Origin: Trichodelitschia bisporula
Lineage: Eukaryota
Length of the DNA: 38,073 nt
NCBI GenBank assembly: GCA_010356995.1
Contig: ML996687.1
Span: 1,985,803 to 2,023,875 of the forward strand
Direction of reading: 5' to 3'
The translations under genes were made by a program, and so were the position numbers. The notes beneath the pieces are model-generated. The model saw only the letters and a list, made by a program, of their open reading frames with translations. It was not told the origin of the DNA and searched no databases. The stretch's first letter is position 1. Each line of letters begins with the position of its first letter. Shown here piece by piece: positions 1-10,869 of this stretch.

Positions 1-163
1 CTGAATCATCGTGAATCTCCGTTGCTAGCGCAAAGTAGCCAGAGACCTTGGGGCTTTGGTTGTCCACAACGAACACGCGCATGCCCGTCCGCTCCGACTC
101 ATACTGCGTGAGGTAGACGACGGCCCAGTCCACGTCGAAACTCTGTATTTTTTTGAAAGGCAT
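1..163 (-). CDS. Peptidase M16C-like zinc metalloprotease (yeast YOL098C/Sdd3-like), 5' end only; the gene runs off the window
   Basis: Not in the ORF track. ATG at 163 reads MPFKKIQSFDVDWAVVYLTQYESERTGMRVFVVDNQSPKVSGYFALATEIHDDS. This matches the N-terminus that directly precedes the inverted HxxEH zinc motif (..DDSGxPHTLEH) in this fungal family; the motif itself is outside the window. Confidence 0.8.
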   Translation of the reverse strand, partial: MPFKKIQSFDVDWAVVYLTQYESERTGMRVFVVDNQSPKVSGYFALATEIHDDS

Positions 164-325
164 GATGGTGGATGAAGGAGTGGTAAGCTGAACGGGAGAG
201 TCCGCTCCAGGCAGCTTATGAGGGGTAAGCTAAGAAGACGTGGGGTCGCCAAGCCACCTCCTCATTCAACTTGGTCGTCCAAGTGAACGAGCTCTCAGGA
301 CACATCACCTAGTACTACCCACGCC

Positions 326-2876
326 ATGTCCGCCGATGCGCTTGCCGATGCCATCCTGCAGTCCGTCGACGGCGCGTATCCTGACGATGAACAAGTCATC
401 GCCGCCGAGCTGGACTCCGGCGCGCTCGATACTGTGTTGGCCACCATTGGCCGCGCGCGAGACGACGTGAATGTGCGTCGCGTTGGCTGCTCGTTGCTCG
501 TTTCCTCGCTGACAAGTGCAGGCCGAAATCCGCGGCTTGAGCCGGGAGAGTGCTCCGGACGTCGATGGTTGGATTGCGCAGGCGAAGCAGCTTAAGGCGG
601 ATGTCGAAGAATCGAAAACCGCCGCCGCCGCCATTGTGCGCGACGCTGAGGTCGGCAAGGCGCTGCAGGCGCGAGTAGACGATGCTACGAGCAAAATCGA
701 CCTCCTACGGAAGGAACTGGACTTCAACAATGCACTGGCGACGACGTTCAACCAACTGCAGTCGGCGTGGGACCTACTCGCCAGCGTGGGGGACAACGAT
801 GCGCTGCTCGAAAGCTTGACGCGGCTGGAGACGGCGCAACGCGTGGTCGGCGAGCTAGACGGGTTCGATAACACACAGTTTGCGGCGATTCTGCAGCGGC
901 GTGCGAGCCAGGTGCGAGGGCTGCTAGTCACAAAGGCGCTGGGATGCTGGAATACAATGGTCGTTGCGGATGCGGAGGCTCGGACGATCACCATCTCACA
1001 ACAGGCGGACGGAATGGCGCTGCAAGAGGTGGCCACCGCGCTGGCGGCGCTGGGAGAACTAGACCATGCTGTGGGACGGCTTCACCGCGACCTCGACGCC
1101 ATTGTCATCACGCCGCGATTCACTGTGGCCGCCGACGGAGCGGTCGCGGAGCTAGAGGTTGGCAACGGATTGCGCGTGTCCAGTCGCAATGACGCCCCAG
1201 ACACGATTGCCATCATCAACGATGCCGGTGCATTGCTCCGCTTCTTGCGTGACCAGCTCCCGGATGCCGCTCTCCGTCCGTTACTCGAGCACGCTGTCCC
1301 GTCGCTGATGTTACATTTAATCTCCGCGTGGCTCGACCCTGCCGTGCCCGTGTCACTCAGCGAGATCGACCGGCTGCACGAGGTCGTGACACACGTTTCT
1401 GCTCTTGCTGAGGCGCTCGACACCTTTGATGTTGCTCTTCCTAGTGATGCCGACCTAGCGGAATGGGTGGAACGGCTGCCACAGACTTGGTTAGCGCGGC
1501 GGCGCGAGGCAGCACTCGTCCACCTAAGGGGAGCATCCTACGAGGCTGTCAAGGCGCGGCTGCCAGTTGAACATGTCGAAACGCAGATAGTCTCTAGTGA
1601 TGACGTCATGGTTACAGATGACTGGAACGCATGGGGAGACGAAGAGGAAGACGAAGCGGGCCATAACGGGGCGGAAGAAGCGGAAGAGGCACAAAAGGAA
1701 AAGGAGGCGAGCAATGAGGATGACGAGGATCCTAGCGCATGGGGTTTCGAGGAGCCTGCGGAAGACGAAGCAGCTCCAGGGGACGCCGACACCACTGAAG
1801 GCGATGAGGATGCCTGGGGATGGGGTGATGGGGGTGATGATGATAATGGCGAATCCGACAAGCCTAAGCCGATATCCCCGAAGGCCACCCCCAAAAAGCC
1901 CAAAACCAACGGCCGTCCCACCGAACGCGAAATCACCCTCCGCGAGAACTACACAGTCACCGGCATCCCCACCACCCTAACAACACTCATCAACAATATC
2001 CTTTCCGACGCCTCAAAGCTCTCCTCCGCCGAAAGTTCGCTGCAATTACTTGCCCCCGCATCCGCCGCCCTGGCCTCCCTCCCCACCCTCCTCCTCGCCT
2101 TCTACCGTGCCACCGCACCCACCATCTACGCCACTGACTCCGCCGGCAACATGCTTATCTACAACGACGTGCAGCACCTCCTCACCCTGCTCTCCTCTCT
2201 GCACTCGCACTTCCCCCCACACCTCGCCGCGCGCCTCACCCGCGCCTTCGACGCCGACGCCCGCGCCCTATCTGCCACGGCGCGCCTAGCCTACGGCCGC
2301 GATTTACACGCCCAGCGCACGATCCTTGGGGATCTGCTCTCCTCAACAGCAGGGTTTACCAATTGTTCCGCGCCGCTGAACGCCCGCGAGTACGGCCATG
2401 CGGTCGCGGATGTGGTTGCCCGCGTCCGCGACGTGGATGCCATGTGGCAGGGCGTGCTGAGCACATCCGTGCGGCGCCAAGCCGTAGGGCAACTACTCGG
2501 TACCGTGTTGGCGCGGATCTTAGACGAGGTTCTCGAGCTCGCGGACGGGCGGGCCGGAATCTCAGCCGACGAGAGTAGCGTGCTAAGGGGCTTTTGCGAC
2601 CAGATCACGGCGTTGCAGGATCTGTTTGAGGAGGAGGATGAGCGGGGGGAGAAGCGGAGCTTGGTGCATGTGTATACGCCTGGTTGGCTGAGATTTGTGT
2701 ATTTGAGTGAGGTGTTGGAGGCGAGTTTGGCGGATATTAGGTTTTTGTGGGGGGAGGGGGGGTTGGGGATGGAGTTTGAGGCGGGGGAGGTGGTGGGGTT
2801 GATTGAGGCGCTTTTTGCGGAGTCGGAAATGCGGAGGACGGCTGTGAGGGAGATTAAGCGCGGGGCCAGGGCGTAG
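326..2876 (+). CDS. DSL1: Dsl1/ZW10 retrograde vesicle-tethering subunit (~833 aa)
   Basis: Exon 1 326-472, intron 473-521 (GTGCGT..GCTGAC..CAG), exon 2 522-2876 in frame. Helical N-terminus, central acidic Trp-rich loop (DDWNAWGDE, SAWGFEE, DAWGWGD) and a ZW10/Dsl1-type C-terminus (LSEVLEASLADIRFLW...LIEALFAESEMRR). Confidence 0.85.
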
Positions 2877-3464
2877 GTAATCAAGGCTCGCTGACGGTTG
2901 ACGGCTTGTCTTGAACTGTGGAGCCGATCTACTGGATGGTCATGTCTTCACAATGCGTGAGGTCACTAATGCTGCCTTCCTCTGGCAGTCGGACGTTCCT
3001 CGCCTATCGTCGGGTCCTCACCAGCACCCGATGCTGCTTCCACAAGTGCCAGTCGGATGAGGGACCTGTCAGTAAGGTCAAGTCGGAAAGGAGTGTTGGA
3101 AGGATCGCCCGTTCATAAACACAAGATGTTTGGGAAAATCAAACTGTCCGCAAAAGCCGTATGAACGGCTGACTATCCAGCTACCGAGCAAAGCTCGTAG
3201 CGCGATTCATGCAAGCCAAAAAAGCCCGTGTTGAGGGAAAAAGGCTCTTCCGCAGTCTTCGTCCGTGCACCACTGGTATTTACATACGTGGAGCTACACC
3301 TAGCAAGTTCATAAGCTACTTTGCCTCGTCGCGAATCGATATCCTTTTTTGAGTCTGACGTGTGCGCCGCTGAGTTCCTTCCCCGCACGTGGGAAAAGCA
3401 CGCGCGCACGGGCTCACGGGACGGACCGAGCCGCTCTGGTGAACATCATGGGCCTTTTCAACCA

Positions 3465-3584
3465 CACCAAAGTTCATCACCAAAGTTCATCACCAAAGTT
3501 CATCACCAAAGTTCATCACCAAAGTTCATCACCAAATCTCATCACCAAAGTTCAACATCAAAGTTCAACACCCACTTCAACACC
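3465..3584. repeat. 13-bp tandem minisatellite (CACCAAAGTTCAT)n
   Basis: Five perfect copies at 3465-3529, followed by about four progressively degenerate copies. Confidence 0.95.
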
Positions 3585-3948
3585 AGCTCGAGGATTGTTA
3601 TAACGACTAGTATGGCAGCTTCTCACATTATAAAACTATAAAAGTCCATTGGCATTCGTCGATGGTTAATAGAACTAGTCGTGCAGAGTGGAAGACCGTT
3701 ACCCACTCCGCTATGTGGAGCTCAACCGCGCCTCAGCCGCGCGCTGGCCGCAAGGCGCGGTGCCACGATGCTTATAAGCCGAGCCTCAAGCCGCAGTACT
3801 CACCGCGGCAGCGGGCGCATGTCAGCGCCGAGCCGCCATCCGGCCGTGTGATTGATTTTCATACTGAGTATACTTCTCTCTCGAAACCCAACTTCCTCCA
3901 CCGCACTCCCCAACGAACTTCTCCACCACCGCAACCATCACCACAACC

Positions 3949-4431
3949 ATGGCCCCCCCTCCCCGTCCTCCGGCGCCAATAAAACCGCCCGCCCGCCCGC
4001 CAGCCTCGCCCCCCTCTCCCCTCGCGGCATGCGAGGCCTCGGTCAGACGCCTGTGCGACCAGATACGGGCAGAGCAAGCCGAACACGAAGACACCCGCGC
4101 CGCCCTCGCCAAAGCCCGCACCGACCGCAAGGAGACCATCGCCACCATTGCCAAAGCCTTCTACCGCATTGCCGACCTCGAACGCGCCTCGGAGGACCAG
4201 GCAGCCCAGCTAAGGACCGAGCACGCCAGGCACGAGAACACCAAAGTTGCCCTCGCCGTCGCCTACCGGCGCATCGCCGACCTCCAGCGCGCCTCGCAAG
4301 ACATAGCCGCTCTGAACCTGCACCACCGCAAGGCCAAGGAAGATGCTAAGCGGGAGGCTGGAGAGCTCAGGCGCGTGAATGCCCTTCTTGAGCATGTGAA
4401 CGATTGGTTGAGTGAGGAGGTCAAAGAGTGA
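3949..4431 (+). CDS. Hypothetical coiled-coil protein with Pro-rich N-terminus (160 aa)
   Basis: ATG in a good context (CAACCATGG), C-rich leader, upstream TATAA near 3773, strong C-ending codon bias and heptad-like internal repeats (RIADLERAS / RIADLQRAS). No family recognised. Confidence 0.6.
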   Translation: MAPPPRPPAPIKPPARPPASPPSPLAACEASVRRLCDQIRAEQAEHEDTRAALAKARTDRKETIATIAKAFYRIADLERASEDQAAQLRTEHARHENTKVALAVAYRRIADLQRASQDIAALNLHHRKAKEDAKREAGELRRVNALLEHVNDWLSEEVKE

Positions 4432-4450
4432 GGAGGTCAAAGAGTGAGGA
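4410..4450. repeat. 16-bp tandem duplication GAGTGAGGAGGTCAAA (x2.5) spanning the stop codon of the 3949 ORF
   Basis: Copies at 4410-4425 and 4426-4441, partial copy at 4442-4450. Confidence 0.9.
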
Positions 4451-6547
4451 ACCGAGTTTGTATTTACGGGGGGTTGACTGATGGAGATATTAGGCGCCAT
4501 GGACGGCATTCGATCTGATGGTATCGCAACTACTTGTTACATGCCTGCGGGTGAGTCACTTGTACCGATTTCCAGACTTGATCTGACTGACCTTTCGTTC
4601 TTAGGTTTCTCAACTTCTCAATTGTCCTACTCAGATGCTATAGTCAATTATCGACCTCGAGGTCAATTCGCAACGCATTAAAGGACCTGGGTTGCACTTC
4701 GGACTGATCAGAACGGGGCTTGTTATGTGAGGGAAGAAGCGTAGATACCCAACAATCCAGCGGTTCAAACGTTACCCTTCGCCTTGCAGATGCTGTGCTC
4801 TTGAATTGCCGTCATCTTCCTATGCAAATACCTCTGCTCACGACCGCCCAGTGGGCCTAAGGCGTAGTGTCATCTTTTAGTATTATCAACCAGACCGCTC
4901 GCGGTCGGGCAAGTGAGGCCGCCTGAGGCCGGGTACAGCGTATGCTCGACTCACTGCGCCCACAACCGCCCATCTGGCCCCCTTACACCCATCGGTGCAG
5001 CAGCTCAAACAATGCTGTTGGCCTCGTCACACTCTACATGGCATCAGTCGTCTCTTCACACTTCCCCTATCAGACCTCGACCGGCACTTGCGCCCTCTCA
5101 TGCGCAGCACCGCAAAGTTAAGCGAACCAAGTGGAACGAAGCTCATCCGATCCCAGTTAGGTGGTCTTGTCCACATGCTCCATGTATCCGGCCCGGAGCC
5201 GAAGATGGTGAGCCATCTGCAGACTCTGGCCTACATGAATAATGACGACATGACGTGTGACCTCAGGAGTGCGCGATATGTACTCCCGCAATACGGGCGG
5301 ATGCCGGTGGTCTGTCGTCCGGTCTCAGGAGCCTATGACGAAGCTCTGATGCCAAGTGGTCAACGATAAGCGGGTGGCGAGATGCGTCTCGGCGCTCACA
5401 TCCACTCTGTCCACCTTCCATCGGAGTGGAGACCTGGAGATTGCGTAACTACTGACATCGGCCGAGTGTCTCCAGCGCCTCTCCTTCCATCGGCCTAAAT
5501 CCTTCAGCCCCGCTGCGCCCTCTTCTGATATCAGTTCAAGAAGTCGAATCCGCATCCTACGGCCCGTCCTATCTCCAAAGAACAAGCAAAATCCAGAACC
5601 GCTCTCCGCATTCCCCGCCTCTTCCCATCCCCAGACCCCACAACCCCCGCATCGGCCCGATCCCCAACCCACCCCCCACCCGGGAGCCCTCGTACCTGAC
5701 ATCCGCGCCTCCGCCGTGCTAGCCCAATCCGGAAGGAGGGCCGCAATATCGCCTCGATACTACGTAGTAACCTCGCCACGCGTCTAAGTGCCGCCACCCA
5801 CTGCCCAGGCGCCATCCTACTAACAGCACGTACGCCCATCCACTATCTCCCCACAAGCCCTCCAACCCAGCTCTACCCCCGTGGGGAGGCGAAGCGGATA
5901 ACCGGCTTTCCAAATCTTGGAAATTAATGAGGCCGGCCCGGGAGTTTGGTGTGCGGCGTAGGTTCGAGGTGAGGGCGGGTCGGAGATGGAGAAAGAGTTT
6001 GGAGGACGACCAGAGCTCTAGGCATCGCGTTTCCAGAATCGTCCCTCGGCAGCCCAGATCTTGGTCAAACGTGAAACACCCGTTTCGAAGATCTCTTCCT
6101 CCGTGAGACCAAACCAAACTTGCTCCCGTCACCCGCAGCGTGCGCCTCGGTACGTACACGGCCCCGCGTTTTAGATATACCACTGCCCCTAACCGGGGCC
6201 CAGCCCTCGGTACGATCCGCACAGACGGGGGAAGGCCGTGCCTCACTCAAAAATAGACAAGGTAGTCCTGGCACACCTGCACGACATACTACGCCGTACG
6301 CAAACCCTTCGCCGCAGGGCACATGTGATTCGCGGTCCGCGCCCCAGAAGAAATATATTAACGCCTAAGGTACAGGCATGCGCATCAGCCAAGTGCTATA
6401 TACCACCCCCGGTCCAGATGAAGACCGTCGTATCCCTCCCCAAACGAGCCCTGTGCCTGGTAACTAGTTCTACACGCTCCATTGGAACGCTGGGCAGCGC
6501 TGTGAGGCGCTACGCACGAACGTGGATTTTGTGAGCCGTTGAGAGCC

Positions 6548-7556
6548 TCACGCTTTCTTGCCGAAGGCGGCGGCCATCTGGGCGTCGTGCTTCTTCTTCG
6601 CGATGCCGATGTCGCCGGTCGGCAGCTTGACGTAGGTGCCGGAGGAGATGGTCAGGATGAGCCAGAGGAGGTACCAGTTCGGGACGGAGGAGATGAAGAG
6701 GAAGACGCCGGCAATCTGTGCACACTGTCAGCCATGCCCCCAAAGTCTCTAATCAAGGAAAAGAAAAGACAAGGAAACTCACCCGATCGAGATTATGCTT
6801 CTGGTGCTTGTGCCCCTTCGCAGCCTGGAAATCGCCCACGGCGGAAATAGCACAAGTGGTAGCGACGCAGGCGAAGATCATGACCATGAACAGATTGCTC
6901 CGGATGGACACGATGAAGAAGAGCACGAACATGGCGGCCCAGCAGGCGTTAAAGAGGCCCATGGCGTTGCTGAACTCGGCGGCTGTGGCGGCGGATTTGC
7001 CGTACGCGGCGGACACGCCGAAGGCGGGCGTCAGCATGGCGCCGAGGGACATGAAGTACCCGCCCAGCGAGCCGAAGATGGTGTACGCGAAGGTGTTGCC
7101 CACGAGCAGCTCGAACACGCTGACGATGATGTTGACGAGGCCGGCGACGAACCACCTGCTCTTATTAGCTTCTCCCCCAGCTCTCAGACACCACTATCAA
7201 ACTCACATGGTGCCAACCAAAATGTTCAACTGGTCCACCTCACGCACATGCATAAGCACCAAGCTCATAAGCGTATTCGTCAACCCGAACACCGCCACCG
7301 CAAGCGGCGTCGGATTGCCAATCTTGTCGAGCACGCCGGCGGGCGGCGGCGGCGTCCTGAGCTGCGCCTCCCAATCGCCCGTCTGCAGACTGCGCAGCTT
7401 AGCCAGGAGCACCAGTTCGGCCTCCGTTGGCGGGCTGAGCTCGCTGACCGCGCTACCCGCCGTCTTGGGCGGGTCCCGCGGGTCGGCGTATTCGGTGTAC
7501 GCGTACATGGCGGGTTTGGCGTCGTGGCCGGCGGGGCGGTAGGCGCGAGAGTCCAT
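6548..7556 (-). CDS. GPR1/FUN34/YaaH (AceTr) family acetate/ammonia transporter-like protein (~296 aa)
   Basis: Exons 7556-7207, 7155-6783 and 6715-6548; introns 7156-7206 and 6716-6782 have GTGAGT donors and GCTAAT/GCTGAC branch points. The spliced product has IGNPTPLAVAVF (family motif NPAPLGL), FELLVGNTF, several hydrophobic helices and a C-terminal LPTGD. Confidence 0.85.
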
Positions 7557-7583
7557 GATAAAAGGAGTGACGGGTGGTAGGGC

Positions 7584-8031
7584 GTGGGGTTAGCGAGTGA
7601 CGGTTTGTGCAGGAACAGAAGTCTCGCCCGGGGATGGGGGTATAAGAAGTGCCCGGCGCTCATATTGCGCGAGCTTGCACGTCGGGGATAGATTGGGGTA
7701 TATTGGGCCGGGGTCCGGGGGCGAGGAATGCCGTTCCTGATGGCGGGGCGTGCGGCGCCCTTGTTTCGACACTCATATTAAGCGGGGATGAGAGCGGCTG
7801 GAATTGGACTGGTTGGCGAAGTGCTAATTAGGAAGGTTGTGCGGTGTTGGGGGCCGAGGGTGGGGATGAGTGGTGACCGACGCGTCGAGAACTGGGCGTT
7901 AGATGGAGGGACAGGAGTTGATATAATAGGGGGCAAGGAAACAAACAAGTTGCTAACGACGATCCAGACTTTCTGGTGAGTCTGACCTGGAGAGAGGATG
8001 GAGTCCGTTCGAGCCTTGTCGTCGGCTGGAG
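7584..8031. promoter_or_regulatory. Cluster of CreA/Mig1-type SYGGRG boxes and CCAAT boxes upstream of the transporter
   Basis: SYGGRG at about 7584, 7708, 7715, 7743, 7782, 7860, 7987 and 8026; ATTGG (CCAAT on -) near 7692 and 7803. The region is G-skewed, so some matches are expected by chance. Confidence 0.3.
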
Positions 8032-8512
8032 GAGTTGTCGCTCCGAGATCCCGTCTACGCCGCTGGACCCATCGCTCATGCATTACGGAGTATCACGTGT
8101 ATTCGTCACGTCAGCACTGATCAACACTCTTACGGCTGAGAGTGGATTTTGAGTGCAAGTCTGAATAGCTTCACTTTAGCCCTAAGGCTATGCCACAGTT
8201 GAGCCTCAAGGCTTCACATCGGTCTTGGTGGGAAATCGTGACCAAGGCCGCCAAGGCACCATGACGTAGGAGCCCCGATAAGCACGGCAAGAGTAACTCA
8301 GAAGCAAGCAAAAGGTTGAATTGACTTTCTCCAACTCACGAACTCTCCTCCAACTCCAAAACTCCAAAACTTCAACTGATCTTCCACCTCCACAATCCTT
8401 CACGAACTCCAAAAAGGCAACTTTCTTAATAGCCAAGCCTCTCCAACGTCACCAACTCCCTACTACATCGTCATTACCTCGCTAATCGCCAACCCCCACC
8501 ACATCACCAACA

Positions 8513-9312
8513 ATGGCTCCTGTAAGCTCTCCGTACCTGCAAAACCCTGCCCCAGCCCCCACTCTAATCCCTCCTTTCAGGTTAAGCAAATCATGTTCGA
8601 CTGCGACAACACGCTCGTGTTGTCAGAGCAGCTCGCGTTCGAGGCGTGCACAGAGCTCGCCAACGAACTCCTCGAGAAGCACAACGTCGACAAGCGCTAC
8701 ACCGTCAAGGAGCTGCTCACCACCTTCGTCGGCCAGAACTTCCGTGGCATGATGAAGGGTCTGCAAGAGAAGCACAACTTCACCATGCCTCAGGACGAGA
8801 TGGAAGCGTATGTCGACCGCGAACTGGGAGCTGTCATCTCCAAGCTGTCGAAGTCGTGCGAGCCGTGCCCGGGCGTCATTGAGGTCATCGAGCGGCTTGC
8901 CAAGGAGGGCCGCAAGATGTCGGTCGTCAGCACAAGTGCGAAGCCTCGCGTTGTTGCTGCCATTGAACATGTCAACCTCACTCGCTTCTTCCCTGATGAG
9001 CACGTCTACAGCGCGGCGACTAGCCTCAATCCCCCGTCGAGCAAGCCTGATCCTGCCATCTACCTCCATGCGGCGCGCGAGGAAGGTGCTGAGCCGTCGG
9101 AGTGCGTGACGGTGGAAGACAGCGTGAGCGGTGCTACAGCCGCCATGCGTGCAGGCATTCCCTGCATTGGCTACGTGGGCGTGTACGGCATCGAGGACAG
9201 CGAGGAGAAGATGAAGGAAATGGCGCAGGCTCTGCAGGAAAAGTGCAAGGTGGCTGCGGTCATGTACGACTGGAAGGAGTTCGACAAGTGTCTGGCGCAG
9301 ATTGAAGGCTAG
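8513..9312 (+). CDS. HAD-superfamily hydrolase (beta-PGM/CbbY-like phosphatase, ~246 aa)
   Basis: Micro-exon 8513-8521 (MAP), intron 8522-8580 (GTAAGC..CTAAT..CAG), exon 2 8581-9312. Motif I FDCDNTL, motif II VSTS, motif III SKPDPAIY, motif IV VEDSVSG. Confidence 0.9.
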
Positions 9313-9372
9313 ATGTGATTTGAATTGGTTTTTTTTTTCGAATCTGTAGCTTGTTCAATACCGTAAACTGCA

Positions 9373-10869
9373 TCAGTATGCTGAGCAGTGAAATAGAGCC
9401 CGCATGAACGCCTGCGCGAAGAACTGCTGCATCGCGTAATAGTGGAACAAAATCCCGCCCAGCACCGCCACGTGCCACAGGTTATGGCTGCCACCCACGT
9501 AGTCGAACATGCCCGGGAACCAGCGCTCGGGTACTTTGCACGCGTACATGATTGCACCAATGAGGTAGACAAGCAGCGACTTCGTGATGGGCGCGTAGAA
9601 GTAAATCGCCCAGTTGAGGCCGCGCATGTAAATGAGCTGCGCCACGGGCAGCGCACCCGTCGCCGCCAGCGTGACGTAGAACCCGACGCGCGCCCACGCC
9701 ATATCCGAGCGGTTGAACGTCGGATGCCAGGGCAGAATCACGCCGCCGATGCCGAGGAGGGCAGTGGTGCTGATCCAGAAGATGCGGCTCACGGGCTCGC
9801 AGTAGAAGGCCGTGTACTCGGTCGTCATGATGCTGGCCGCCACGAGCAGGCTTATACCCGTGTAATCGACACAAGCGAAGCGTTCCATGAGCGTCTTTTC
9901 GGCGATGCTGTTGAAGGTGTGCCACATTGTGCTGCAGACCAGGCACTTGGCCGCGGCGAAGAAGAAGAGGCCAGCGATGAAGACGTCGCTTTTTGTGGAG
10001 ACGCTGAAGTGCGCCGAGGAGGGGTAGACGTAGAAGGCGAGGGAGAGGACGATTATGAGCCCCAGGAGGTGGGACCAGATGTTGAATGTTTCGTTGCTGG
10101 CGGAGCAGATGGACCGGATGCAACCGAGTTTTGTGTCGTGGAAGCGGTACCCGGACTTGATGTGCTCGTTGACGCGCCATGGCTCCGGCAATTCGTGGTA
10201 CCGGATCAGACCGCGCTCCTTCGCGGCCGCGAGCGCGCGCTCGACTGCCTGCTCGATCGTTTCCGCCGCGCGCCACACCCCGTCCACCGCGCCCTTCGCG
10301 CGCTCAATCCCCTCATCCACTCTCCTCCTCCCCCCATCCAAGATCTCATACCCCGACTCCACGGCCCTGGCTTCACATTCGCTCAGGAAGGACTCCATGA
10401 CCTGCACCGCGTGGAGCGCCTTGGCCTCGAGGGTCTCGCGCTTGGCGACCGCGGCGGAGTAATGCGACTCCAGCGTCTCGACGAGGACGGAGGCGCGCCG
10501 CCGCCCGGTTTCCATGGCGCCGGTGGAGAGGGTGTTGCAGGCGGAGTGGACGGCGAGGAGGGTTGACCAGGCGGTTTCGATGCTGGGGGAGAGGGTGGCG
10601 GGGGTGTAGCATTCTAGGGCTTCGAGGCGCCGGTTGAGTTGAGCGAGGAAGCGGTCGACCTGGGCCGGGGTTAGCTATGGAGGAAGAGGGGAGGAAGGAT
10701 GGTGGTGGGGTATGGGGGAGGAACGGACCACGACGTGCACGTTTTCGCCCTCGCAGCCGGGGTGGTAGGAGGAGTGACGGCGGCGGCGGAGTTCAGGGGC
10801 GTCGGGGCGGGCGGAGGTGAGGATGGGTTCCTCGTTGGACTCCATGAGGAGGGTTTGGGCGCAGGACAT
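9373..10869 (-). CDS. IZH3: PAQR/hemolysin-III family membrane protein, Izh3-like (~475 aa)
   Basis: Exon 1 10869-10729, intron 10660-10728 (GTCCGT..GCTAAC..CAG), exon 2 10659-9373. Motifs ELPEPWRVNEHIKSGYRF, NETFNIWSHL, STMWHTF, DYTGISLL, PERWFPGMFDYVGGSHNLWH, with the long N-terminal extension typical of Izh3. Confidence 0.88.

Noticed and set aside
3465..3584. CRISPR-like array
   Set aside because: Repeats are directly adjacent with no unique spacers, there are no cas genes, and the context is eukaryotic.
4900..6400. Possible gene or relic between the orphan ORF and the transporter
   Set aside because: Several medium open frames and a C-rich to G-rich pattern, but no coherent start, splice model or known motif.
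9442..10566. 374-aa + strand ORF
   Set aside because: Antisense shadow of the IZH3-like gene caused by its codon bias; no recognisable protein features.
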